Origin: Candidatus Zixiibacteriota bacterium
GTDB lineage: Bacteria; Zixibacteria; MSB-5A5; RBG-16-43-9
Reading direction: 5' to 3'
Assembly: GCA_022865345.1 (NCBI GenBank)
Contig: JALHSU010000261.1
Span: 1 to 53,415 of the forward strand
DNA: 53,415 nt
Below the pieces are notes generated by a model. It worked only from the letters and a program-made list of their open reading frames with translations. It was not told the DNA's origin and ran no database searches. How positions within the stretch are numbered: position 1 is the stretch's first letter; the number at the start of each line of letters is the position of its first letter. Positions 1-7,825 of this stretch are shown here, in pieces. The position numbers and the translations under genes are program-made.

Positions 1-273
1 GAAAAGGTCATTCGAGACCAGTCTCCAGTTTCTCTTCTTCATAATAAGCTGGAGTTTGTGAAAATCGATACAGACAGTGAACAAAAGGGGAGCCCTGAAA
101 GGATTTTTCTTTTGATTCCGTGAGAGTAACAGACTATAAACCTGCGAAGAGAAAGGAGCCTGCTGTCCTGCCCGAACGATTGTCCTTATTATCTCATTCG
201 TGGGGGATTTCGGTTTAAACCGGCGAATAGATTTGTGATTGATTATGGCTTTGATTACCTGATTTTTCTTCAT
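1..273 (-). CDS. nitroreductase-family protein, N-terminal part (3' end lies beyond the window start)
   Basis: Absent from the ORF track because no stop codon lies inside the window. Hand translation of the minus strand from ATG 273-271 gives MKKNQVIKAIINHKSIRRFKPKSPTNEIIRTIVRAGQQAPFSSQVYSLLL... AAGGAG SD at 284-279. The SIRRF...AGQQAPS pattern is typical of the nitroreductase fold. Confidence 0.6.
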   Translation of the reverse strand, partial: MKKNQVIKAIINHKSIRRFKPKSPTNEIIRTIVRAGQQAPFSSQVYSLLLSRNQKKNPFRAPLLFTVCIDFHKLQLIMKKRNWRLVSNDLF

Positions 274-305
274 TGATTCTCCTTGTCTAAGAGTATAGTC
301 AAGCT

Positions 306-358
306 GTAGGGGCATCCCGCCGCAGAAGGTGATGGGTGGAGGCAAGCTCCACCCCTAC
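306..358. repeat. GTAG...CTAC-clamped hairpin element
   Basis: GTAGGGGCATCCCGCC...GGGTGGAG-GCAAG-CTCCACCCCTAC. Confidence 0.7.
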
Positions 359-564
359 GCGATATCTGTTTAAATAACAACACCTTCTTAAATATGATTG
401 CGATTTCATTGTTCTCCACCTTATTTCCAATTTCTTTCTTAGAGCATTTTTTATAATAAACCGTTACCGAAATACTGAAAAACTACACGCGCGGGACTGT
501 ACCCCTACAAATTTCTTCTCGTTCAGGTTATCAACGTACAAATTTTGTCAAGCAAAAATGCAGA

Positions 565-617
565 GGAAACCTTCAGGTTTCCCTGAGTCAGACAGGGCGA
601 GGGGACCTCGCCCCTAC
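565..617. repeat. hairpin pair: GGAAACCTTCAGGTTTCC plus GGGCGAGGGGACCTCGCCCCTAC
   Basis: The 23-mer at 595-617 is identical to 1574-1596. It is preceded by GTCAGACAGGG, which also occurs at 1599-1609. Confidence 0.8.
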
Positions 618-632
618 TGAGCCCTAATTGCG

Positions 633-1400
633 TTACCTGGCGGTATATCCGCCATCGATGACCAGTTCGCTGCCAGTGATAAATTTGGATTCATCTGATG
701 CCAGGTAGATAATCCCGTAGGCAATATCCTCCGGTTCGCCTATATGTCCAACCGGCTGTAAGCTGTCTAACATTTTTCTACCTGCTTCGAAATCTCCCTG
801 GGATTTTAGGTAGTTTTCTACCATTGGTGTCCAGATGAAACCGGGATGAATTGAATTTACCCTTATTTTATCCTGCGCATAAAGGAAAGCATCGGTTTTG
901 GTCATTATCCTGACCGCACCTTTGGAAGCATGATATGGCGGTACATCCGGTGCACTCACGATGCCGTAAATAGAGGAAAGATTGATTATGCTTCCGCCTC
1001 CGGCTTTTCTCATATAGGGTATTACGTGTTTGGTACAGAAGAATACTCCTTTGACATTGACAGCCATAACCCGATCCCACTCCTCTTCAGTGATCTCGTG
1101 GGTTGGCTTGCTTACTCCGGCTATGCCTGCATTATTAACTAAGACATCGATTTTCCCGAAGGTTTTCTGAATATCTGCAAAAACTTTCTGGATTTCTTTT
1201 TCATTTGAGACATCCAGATGCCAGAACTTCGCAATGCTGCCAGATTTTTTTATCTGGTCTGATACACCTTGTCCTTCTCTGTCTAAAATATCGGTCACTG
1301 CAACCTTTGCTCCCTCTTCTGCCAGGTAAATACAGGCTGATTTGCCGATTCCCAAAGCCCCACCGGTTACGATGGCAACCTTATTCTCTACTCTACCCAT
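633..1400 (-). CDS. short-chain dehydrogenase/reductase (SDR) family oxidoreductase
   Basis: ORF 633..1496. Start moved to ATG 1400-1398 (MGRVENK, AAGGAG SD upstream) because the 32 upstream codons run through a hairpin array. Motifs TGGALGIG, NNAG and YHASK. Confidence 0.9.
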   Translation of the reverse strand: MGRVENKVAIVTGGALGIGKSACIYLAEEGAKVAVTDILDREGQGVSDQIKKSGSIAKFWHLDVSNEKEIQKVFADIQKTFGKIDVLVNNAGIAGVSKPTHEITEEEWDRVMAVNVKGVFFCTKHVIPYMRKAGGGSIINLSSIYGIVSAPDVPPYHASKGAVRIMTKTDAFLYAQDKIRVNSIHPGFIWTPMVENYLKSQGDFEAGRKMLDSLQPVGHIGEPEDIAYGIIYLASDESKFITGSELVIDGGYTAR

Positions 1401-1514
1401 TTTTGTCTCCTTGAATTTTAGATTTTTTGTCAAGCAGTAGCCCCACCTTGCCCTCAAGGCGGGATATTCACCCACTTTGAGGCAACGTGGGTCCACCGGT
1501 TAGGAAAGATCATG

Positions 1515-1622
1515 GTAGGCGCAAGCTTCAGCTTGCGAAGTGTAGGGGCTGGGTTGCCCAGCCCAAAATCACTGGGCGAGGGGACCTCGCCCCTACAGGT
1601 CAGACAGGGATGTCTGGCCTAC
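1515..1622. repeat. array of four GTAG-family hairpins
   Basis: GTAGGCGCAAGCTTCAGCTTGCG (1515-1537), GTAGGGGCTGGGTTGCCCAGCCC (1542-1564), GGGCGAGGGGACCTCGCCCCTAC (1574-1596), GGTCAGACAGGGATGTCTGGCCTAC (1598-1622). Confidence 0.8.
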
Positions 1623-1634
1623 CGAATGTTATCT

Positions 1635-3800
1635 TTACTGTGACTGACCCATCCCGAATATCTTGAATAAAAAAGCATAGATATCGGACTGTTCATCAAT
1701 AACTTTTGACGTCGGTTTTCCACCGCCGTGCCCGGCTTTGGTTTCCACCCGTAGTAGAATTGGATTATTGCCTGCATTTACGGCTTGCAGGGCAGCGGCG
1801 AATTTCTTAGCATGCAAAGGTGCGACCCGGTCATCAGTATCTGCGGTGGTGATTAGAGTTGGAGGATAAACCGTTCCCTTTTTGACGTTTTGCAGAGGAG
1901 AATAAGCATAAATGTAGGTGAACTCCTCCGGGCTTCTGCTCGCATCCCCATATTCAGGTATCCAGTAGCGACCCACTGTGAATTTCTGATACTTTAACAT
2001 ATCGGTAAGTGGCACCTGACAGATGACTGCTCCGTATAATTCCGGGCGCTGGGTCATACAGGCAGCTACTAAAAGTCCGCCATTGCTTCCTCCAATGAGA
2101 GCTAACTTGTCAGTGCTGGTGAAACGGTTCTGAATCAGCCACTCGCCTGCGGAGATAAAATCATCAAACACATTCTGCTTTCGGTTAAGCATCCCTGCCT
2201 GATGCCAGGCTTCGCCATATTCGTTCCCCCCGCGCAGATTGGCTAAAGCAAACACACCGCCGTTTTCCAGCCAGACCAAACGGGAAATAGAGAAATAAGG
2301 TTGCATGCTCGCGTTAAAACCTCCATAACCAGTAAGCAGAACTGGATTGGAGTAGTCAAACTTCAGCCCTTTTTTATGAACGATGAACATCGGCACTTTG
2401 GTCCCGTCTTTTGAGTCATAGAATATCTGCTGGCTTTCATAAGCTGAGAAAATGAAATTGATCTCTGGCTGGTAAAAAGTCGAGACTTCCCCTTTCTCAA
2501 AGTCATAGCGTAAAATGGTTGTGGGATAAAGAAAAGAGGTAAACTCAAAAAACATCTCCTTATCAGTGCGTCTGCCAGAGATGTAGCCAACTGAGCCTAA
2601 ATCAGGCAAATCGATTTCCTTTTTGAATTTTCCGTTAAAGTCATACAGTTTAAGCTTGTCGTGTGCATCCTGCATGGAAACGACCACAAGCTGGCCATCC
2701 ACCATTCTGGCGTCTGAGAGTACCTCGGTTGTCTGAGGAATGACCTCCTTCCAGTTCTTCGGGTCTGGATTTTTGATATTGATCTGAATGATCTTGCCAT
2801 GCGGGGCATCTAAATCGGTGCGGAAATAGAAGAGAGTATCTAAATTACCAACAAAGGCATAATTGGCATCTGCTTTATCTAAGAGTTTGATAAAGGGGTT
2901 CTGACTCTCGACTTCACGATAGTAGACCCGGTTTTTCGGGTCTGTTCCAAGCTCCACATATAAGACCAGATATTTCCCATCCTCAGTGATGAAGGGTGTG
3001 AAGGAAAGCTCTTTGTGCTCTGGGTCTTCAGAGACTAACTGATCCTCGGCTTGAGAAGTGCCAAGCTTGTGGAAGTAGACTTTGTTGTAACTATACTGGT
3101 CCTCTTCCGGGACTGAGCCCGGCTCAGGATACCGGTTATAGAAAAAACCAGTGCTGTCATTTTTCCAGGCCACATTGGTGAACTTACACCATTTTATAGT
3201 CTCAGGAAATTCCTTCTTAGTGTCGATATTTAGAATCTTGATTTCCTGCCAGTCGCTTCCGCTTTTAGATATACCGTATGCCAAAAGGGTTCCGTCCTTA
3301 CTGTAAGCCAGAAGCGAAAGGGCAATGGTCCCATCCGGGCTAAGTTTATTCGGGTCCAGCACTACCTCCGGTTCACCAGTCAGAGTTTTCTGCATATAGA
3401 GGACTGACTGGTTCTGCAGTCCATCATTTTTGGAGAAAAAGTAGCGCCCGCCTTCTTTTTGGGGAGTAGAATATCTGGGAAAATTCATTAATTCGGTCAG
3501 CCGGGCTTTGATTTTCTCCCTTGCCGGGATAGCGCCAATATAAGTATGGGTAAGCTTATTCTCAGCCTCCACCCAGGCTTGCGTTTCAGGTGAATCAGGG
3601 TTTTCCAGCCAGCGATAAGGGTCAGGCACCTTGGTGCCAAAATAGTCATCCACGACATTGTCCATCCGGGCAGGTGGATATGTGAGCTTTTGGGCGTTGA
3701 TTATCCCAAAGAACAAAATTGTCAGAAGGCAAACTGCTAACGAAGTCAAAAGAAAATGAACTTTACTTACTTTTGTTAATTGGTTGAATCTTCTTTCCAT
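1635..3800 (-). CDS. prolyl oligopeptidase (S9A family serine endopeptidase) with N-terminal signal/anchor
   Basis: 721 aa. Hydrophobic N-terminus, propeller-like N-terminal half, C-terminal alpha/beta hydrolase with the GGSNGG nucleophile elbow. AAGGAG SD. Confidence 0.9.
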   Translation of the reverse strand: MERRFNQLTKVSKVHFLLTSLAVCLLTILFFGIINAQKLTYPPARMDNVVDDYFGTKVPDPYRWLENPDSPETQAWVEAENKLTHTYIGAIPAREKIKARLTELMNFPRYSTPQKEGGRYFFSKNDGLQNQSVLYMQKTLTGEPEVVLDPNKLSPDGTIALSLLAYSKDGTLLAYGISKSGSDWQEIKILNIDTKKEFPETIKWCKFTNVAWKNDSTGFFYNRYPEPGSVPEEDQYSYNKVYFHKLGTSQAEDQLVSEDPEHKELSFTPFITEDGKYLVLYVELGTDPKNRVYYREVESQNPFIKLLDKADANYAFVGNLDTLFYFRTDLDAPHGKIIQINIKNPDPKNWKEVIPQTTEVLSDARMVDGQLVVVSMQDAHDKLKLYDFNGKFKKEIDLPDLGSVGYISGRRTDKEMFFEFTSFLYPTTILRYDFEKGEVSTFYQPEINFIFSAYESQQIFYDSKDGTKVPMFIVHKKGLKFDYSNPVLLTGYGGFNASMQPYFSISRLVWLENGGVFALANLRGGNEYGEAWHQAGMLNRKQNVFDDFISAGEWLIQNRFTSTDKLALIGGSNGGLLVAACMTQRPELYGAVICQVPLTDMLKYQKFTVGRYWIPEYGDASRSPEEFTYIYAYSPLQNVKKGTVYPPTLITTADTDDRVAPLHAKKFAAALQAVNAGNNPILLRVETKAGHGGGKPTSKVIDEQSDIYAFLFKIFGMGQSQ

Positions 3801-3866
3801 GTAGATACTCCTTTCTTAAGTTTCTATTTTGAACTTATGACTAATACATATAATGAAAATCTTAAT

Positions 3867-4427
3867 TCACTCTTGAAGAATTTGGCTAATTACAGTTGAT
3901 AAAGTAAATATATACTCTGATAGGTCAAGAACAGTAGTAACAAAGTCATATTTTAATAAAGGTCTTTTAGATTCATTGAATCTATTTGAAATTACATTCT
4001 TCTTTTGTCCCGTATGGAATAGAAGTTCATTCAACCAATAGTGGAGGTTTTCTTCAGGATTAAATTCCTTATCAATAAAGGTCTGACCTATATAGGATTC
4101 TTCTAAGGCTGTTTTAAAAGATGCTCGTATCTCAGCTATTTGCTTTTTCAGTTCGTCACTTTCTAACTTTGTATGAAGAAGATTACATATAGAATAAAAA
4201 TGATTTGGCTCATCCTGTAGCAAAAAAGTTCGAAAATCGATTAACATTGAGCGGAAATCGTCTTCATCAGGGAAAATTGTTTTATATCCAATCTTTTTAC
4301 CAATGTAAACCTCTAGAAAATGTTTTGGATATCCATCTTTGAATAATCTTCTATTTTTTAATTCCTGAGCGCGGTACAAAAATACCTTTAGTTTTTGTTT
4401 CTCTTCTTCTATCAATTTCGCAGACAT
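3867..4427 (-). CDS. hypothetical protein (low-GC ORFan, 186 aa)
   Basis: Clean ORF that is visibly more AT-rich than its neighbours. I recognise no motif. Predicted helical and charged. Confidence 0.6.
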   Translation of the reverse strand: MSAKLIEEEKQKLKVFLYRAQELKNRRLFKDGYPKHFLEVYIGKKIGYKTIFPDEDDFRSMLIDFRTFLLQDEPNHFYSICNLLHTKLESDELKKQIAEIRASFKTALEESYIGQTFIDKEFNPEENLHYWLNELLFHTGQKKNVISNRFNESKRPLLKYDFVTTVLDLSEYIFTLSTVISQILQE

Positions 4428-4553
4428 GGTTTTCGGTTACGCTACTTTGAGTTTAATTGTTCATTTCTTAGTCCTCATCCTATTGTTCTTTTTGTCCTTA
4501 TTTTATTCATTATCTTCCAAAAGTCAAGTCATCTTTTATTTTCAAAAAAATAC

Positions 4554-4740
4554 ATAGAGACGCATTCTATGCGTCTCTACAAATGTAGGAGCAATTCATG
4601 TCCATTTGGATCCATCTGGAAATTGCCCCTACAAGAAAAAACTGGAGGTCTGAAGACCTCCGCTACAAAAAACCTGTAGGGGCGTATTGTGTAATACGCC
4701 CCTACGCAAAAAGACAAGGGCGGGGAAACCCCGCCCCTAC
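4554..4740. repeat. array of five GTAG/CTAC-clamped hairpins
   Basis: Modules at 4554-4580, 4585-4632, 4644-4666, 4676-4705 and 4718-4740 (sequences are given in the findings). Confidence 0.85.
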
Positions 4741-4746
4741 AGGAAA

Positions 4747-5229
4747 CTACATTCTTTTCTTGCCGATCAATTCCTTTATGTCCAATCTCAATATCCCTAC
4801 GTCTTGGTAGCTTTGTTCGCTTTTGATAGATTTTTCCTTTACCTTGCCCGGATTTTTTTCCAAATGGTTTATCAACACATCTATTCCATGCTTCTTTTCT
4901 CCCAGATTCTCCACAATAAACATCTCTCCCCAGAACACCACTGAACGATATTTCTGTTCGCATTCATCCGTTACATAGCCCAGGTCTTCTATTATAGTTC
5001 CGCACACCTGAGGATTTTCATTAATAAAATCAATCTTCAATCCCTTTTTTGCGCAATGGAAATAAAGAGCATTTTTGTCCTTGTCATAACCGTAATTCAA
5101 GGCAACGATGTAAGGTTCATTTTTCCGGCACATGGAAATCGTTGCATACTTCCCTCGTTTCAGAATTTCCATCAATTCATTTGAATCGGTTATCTCCCGG
5201 TCCTTTTTTTTCATATGGTATCTTGCCAT
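4747..5229 (-). CDS. pyridoxamine 5'-phosphate oxidase-like FMN-binding protein
   Basis: 160 aa. AGGAGG SD. The pattern ...ATISMCRKNEPYIVALNYGYD...LYFHCAKKGLKID... is typical of the Pyridox_ox_2-type split-barrel family. Confidence 0.75.
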   Translation of the reverse strand: MARYHMKKKDREITDSNELMEILKRGKYATISMCRKNEPYIVALNYGYDKDKNALYFHCAKKGLKIDFINENPQVCGTIIEDLGYVTDECEQKYRSVVFWGEMFIVENLGEKKHGIDVLINHLEKNPGKVKEKSIKSEQSYQDVGILRLDIKELIGKKRM

Positions 5230-5294
5230 TATCTATGTCCTCCTAAAATAATTTATATTTACCAAGTTTGAGATAGCGTGGATAACCGGTTTTT

Positions 5295-5389
5295 GTAGGG
5301 GCGAGGTTTCCTCGCCCTCCACCCTCGGGTTGGTAGCCGCAGACTTTAGTCTGCGCTTTTATGATTCGCAACCTGAAGGTTGCGGCTAC
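5295..5389. repeat. array of three GTAG-family hairpins
   Basis: GTAGGGGCGAGGTTTCCTCGCCC (5295-5317), GTAGCCGCAGACTTTAGTCTGCG (5333-5355), CGCAACCTGAAGGTTGCGGCTAC (5367-5389). Confidence 0.8.
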
Positions 5390-5420
5390 CAAGATAAGCA
5401 CGGACGATGTACTCCATATA

Positions 5421-6071
5421 TTAAAACCCTAACTCCTCCCCTACTAAAATCACGGTTATCCTTCCTTTTTCCCTTTCGCCCTCGATCACTAAAAGCTGAT
5501 TGCACATCCGGTCGAATTCTGGAGCACGGCACAGATCATAATCGCAAAAACCTGTTTCCCTGCAAGGGGTATTAAAATCCAGCCTTTTAGCATTCATCGG
5601 GGCAGATAGATTCCTGGTCCGGTCTATCCCCTCTTTTATATCTTTGACGATTTTGTTTACCCCGCAAACGATTATCACTTTTTTTCCATAGCAAAGCCCC
5701 GCGATCTTATTTCCCATACCGCTGATATTGACAAGCTCTCCGTTTAACGTAACCGCATTGGTTCCGGAAAGAAAATAGTCAGCGCTAACTCCTTCTTTTC
5801 TTATTTTCAAACTTTCTTCTTTAGAAAGGTCCGGGAGATATTGATTGTATAGTTTATAATTTCCTTTCATCAACTCATCTAATATCCCCAATTCTTTTAA
5901 GGTAACCGAGCCAGCTAAGCCAACAGATGCACCCTCTGGAATTAAACTCAAGACTTTTTCCCTCGCCTCTTTTCCGGTTTTGAAATAAAAGGCTTCGATG
6001 TTGTTTTTTTTCAAACTCTGCAGGACTTTAGCCGACAGCTTCTCATAATACCAGAGCTTGTCTTTATCCAT
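5421..6071 (-). CDS. LUD-domain (lactate utilization LutC/YkgG-like) protein
   Basis: ORF 5421..6122. Start set to ATG 6071-6069 (MDKDKLWYY), preceded by GGAGGT. Family-like layout ...IPEGASVGLAGSVTL...SGTNAVT..G.LVN. Confidence 0.75.
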   Translation of the reverse strand: MDKDKLWYYEKLSAKVLQSLKKNNIEAFYFKTGKEAREKVLSLIPEGASVGLAGSVTLKELGILDELMKGNYKLYNQYLPDLSKEESLKIRKEGVSADYFLSGTNAVTLNGELVNISGMGNKIAGLCYGKKVIIVCGVNKIVKDIKEGIDRTRNLSAPMNAKRLDFNTPCRETGFCDYDLCRAPEFDRMCNQLLVIEGEREKGRITVILVGEELGF

Positions 6072-6428
6072 TTTACCTCCATCTTTAAACTCCCAATAAA
6101 TGAATGTGGTTGATTTCGTCAAGCAGGTTTTTCAGGGGAATCAGATTAAAGGCTTGTGATTCTTATGAATCTTGAGCATTTGAATTTTTCCCTATACCTT
6201 TAATTCATTTCTGCCGATAAGTATAATAGTATTTTTTGAATTTTTTACTCGCTATTTTTATTTATTTACGTATAACAATAAGCAGTTGGCTTTTGAAGGA
6301 TTAAGTAAGTGGATTTTAGAGTAATATAGAAAAGAGCGTAATTGACCACGAAAGCCTCTGGTTTTTAGTGGGTTTCTTCGTGGTTTTTGTTTTTAACATT
6401 TTTTTCAACGGAAGGTGGTGAGAAAGTT

Positions 6429-6632
6429 TTGGCAGAAGGGAAAGTAAAGTGGTTTAACGAGGCTAAGGGTTTTGGCTTTATCGAGCCGAGCGATGGCGGA
6501 AAGGACGTCTTCGTGCATTTTTCAGCCATCAAGGCAGAGGGATATAAGTCCCTGCAGGAGGGAGACCAGGTTGGCTTCGATATCACCCCGGGTCCCAAAG
6601 GACCACAGGCAATTAATGTAGTTAAATTATAA
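6429..6632 (+). CDS. csp: cold-shock protein (CspA family)
   Basis: [17 protein letters not shown] (RNP1) and DVFVHFSAI (RNP2) motifs. The likely start is TTG 6429, 8 nt after GGAAGGTGGTGAG. The track start at 6387 would add an atypical 14-aa extension. Confidence 0.9.
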   Translation: MAEGKVKWFNEAKGFGFIEPSDGGKDVFVHFSAIKAEGYKSLQEGDQVGFDITPGPKGPQAINVVKL

Positions 6633-6656
6633 AATAAGATTTAACCGCATTATAAG

Positions 6657-6694
6657 CTCTCCCGCAGAAATGCGGGAGGGTTTTTTTATTTTTT
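6657..6694 (+). terminator. Rho-independent terminator after csp
   Basis: CTCCCGCA-GAAA-TGCGGGAG stem-loop followed by GGTTTTTTTATTTTTT. Confidence 0.85.
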
Positions 6695-7036
6695 GTAGGG
6701 GCGATCCGTCGAAGGCGGACTCGCTCTTGGTCTGCCAATATTCTAAAAATCGCTATCTGAAGACCTCCGCTACAAATGTGACAAAGGTCACCCTCAAACT
6801 CGTTTGAGGGTGCCACCCCATTAAGACAAAGTAATAGTAAAGGGTGCCATCCCCAATCAAGATTGGGGATGTTCTTATTTAAAAAAGCTGTGCGAACCGC
6901 AGGGGCGAGGTTCTCTCGACCTCATTGTTTGTTGACAGTAGCCTGAGTTGTCTTCGACATAGGTCTGTTATAGGGGCGTATTGCTCTTCGACTTCGCTCA
7001 GAGCAGTGAGCCGGTCGAACTGCAATACGCCCCTAC
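6695..7036. repeat. long hairpin array including a nested element
   Basis: GTAGGGGCGATCCGTCGAAGGCGGAC... (6695-), CTGAAGACCTCCGCTAC half-unit (6757-6773), CACCCTCAAACTCGTTTGAGGGTG (6789-6811), ATCCCCAATCAAGATTGGGGAT (6849-6870), GGGGCGAGGTTCTCTCGACC (6901-), split GTATTGC/TGCAATAC element (6970-7036). Confidence 0.8.
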
Positions 7037-7217
7037 ATGAAAATTGCATGCATAGTCCCGCAAAGACCTGATGTCCTTGCATGAATTCCATTAATGAAAT
7101 CATTTTTATTTTCAAATCATTCCAAACAGAACGGTAATCAAGGCTGTAATATTCAATAAAGGCTTTAGGTTTTTAACCTAAGGTCTTTTGTTTTAATCTG
7201 GATGTAGGAGATTTTCC

Positions 7218-7246
7218 TTGACAAGCGGGGTTTAATTTTTTATTTA
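7218..7246 (+). promoter_or_regulatory. sigma70-like promoter of the yceD-rpmF-pls-fab operon
   Basis: TTGACA (7218-7223), 17 nt spacer, TATTTA (7241-7246). The ATG at 7256 lies only about 10 nt downstream. Confidence 0.5.
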
Positions 7247-7255
7247 TCTTAGTTT

Positions 7256-7765
7256 ATGAAGATTGACCTGAAATCTCTCAGGGATGAGGTAAATTATTTA
7301 GACTTAGAAGGAACTGCTGACTCCCTGGGGCTTAAAATCGAATGGGTGGAGTTTCCCCACCCGGTCAAAGTGAACCTGAGGGTCTTACGCTCCTGGAAGA
7401 ATTATATCGGCGAGGGAAAGGTCGAAACCGTAGCCTTATTCGAGTGCTCCCGCTGTCTGAAAGAATACTCTCAGACCTTGAAAGCAGATATCAGATTCCT
7501 GCTCAAGGAAGAAAAAGACCAGATAATCCTGGAATCCGACGACCGGGAAAACCAGGTCCAGACTGGAAATTTCTTCAAGCTGGATGACCTGGTGAGAGAA
7601 AGCTTGATTTTATCCATACCTTTGAAGTCACTGTGCCAGGAGGACTGTAAGGGGCTTTGTCCGACCTGCGGAACAGATTTGAACGTAACAACCTGTGAAT
7701 GCAAGAAAGAACAGATCGACCCGCGCTGGGAGAAACTAAGGGATTTGAAAACTGAAAAGAAGTAA
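7256..7765 (+). CDS. yceD: YceD/DUF177 family protein
   Basis: 169 aa. C-terminal Cys cluster CPTCGTDLNVTTCEC. Conserved position directly upstream of rpmF-plsX. Confidence 0.85.
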   Translation: MKIDLKSLRDEVNYLDLEGTADSLGLKIEWVEFPHPVKVNLRVLRSWKNYIGEGKVETVALFECSRCLKEYSQTLKADIRFLLKEEKDQIILESDDRENQVQTGNFFKLDDLVRESLILSIPLKSLCQEDCKGLCPTCGTDLNVTTCECKKEQIDPRWEKLRDLKTEKK

Positions 7766-7825
7766 AAAGGGAGACGGAATACCTAAGAAGTATGACCATA
7801 AGAAAAGATAATTCAGGAGAAGAAA

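Noticed and set aside
4577-4963. ORFs 4577..4963(-), 4598..4810(+), 4687..4944(+) and 4395..4679(+) in the ORF track
   Set aside because: They run through the five-hairpin array or lie antisense to the PNPOx-like gene. Their sequences are repeat translations (Pro/Arg/Gly-rich, e.g. ...GRGNPAPTG...). None has an SD.
6365-7115. ORFs 6365..6598(-), 6622..6816(-) and 6879..7115(-)
   Set aside because: The first is antisense to the csp gene. The other two are read-throughs of palindromic repeat arrays and show no start context.
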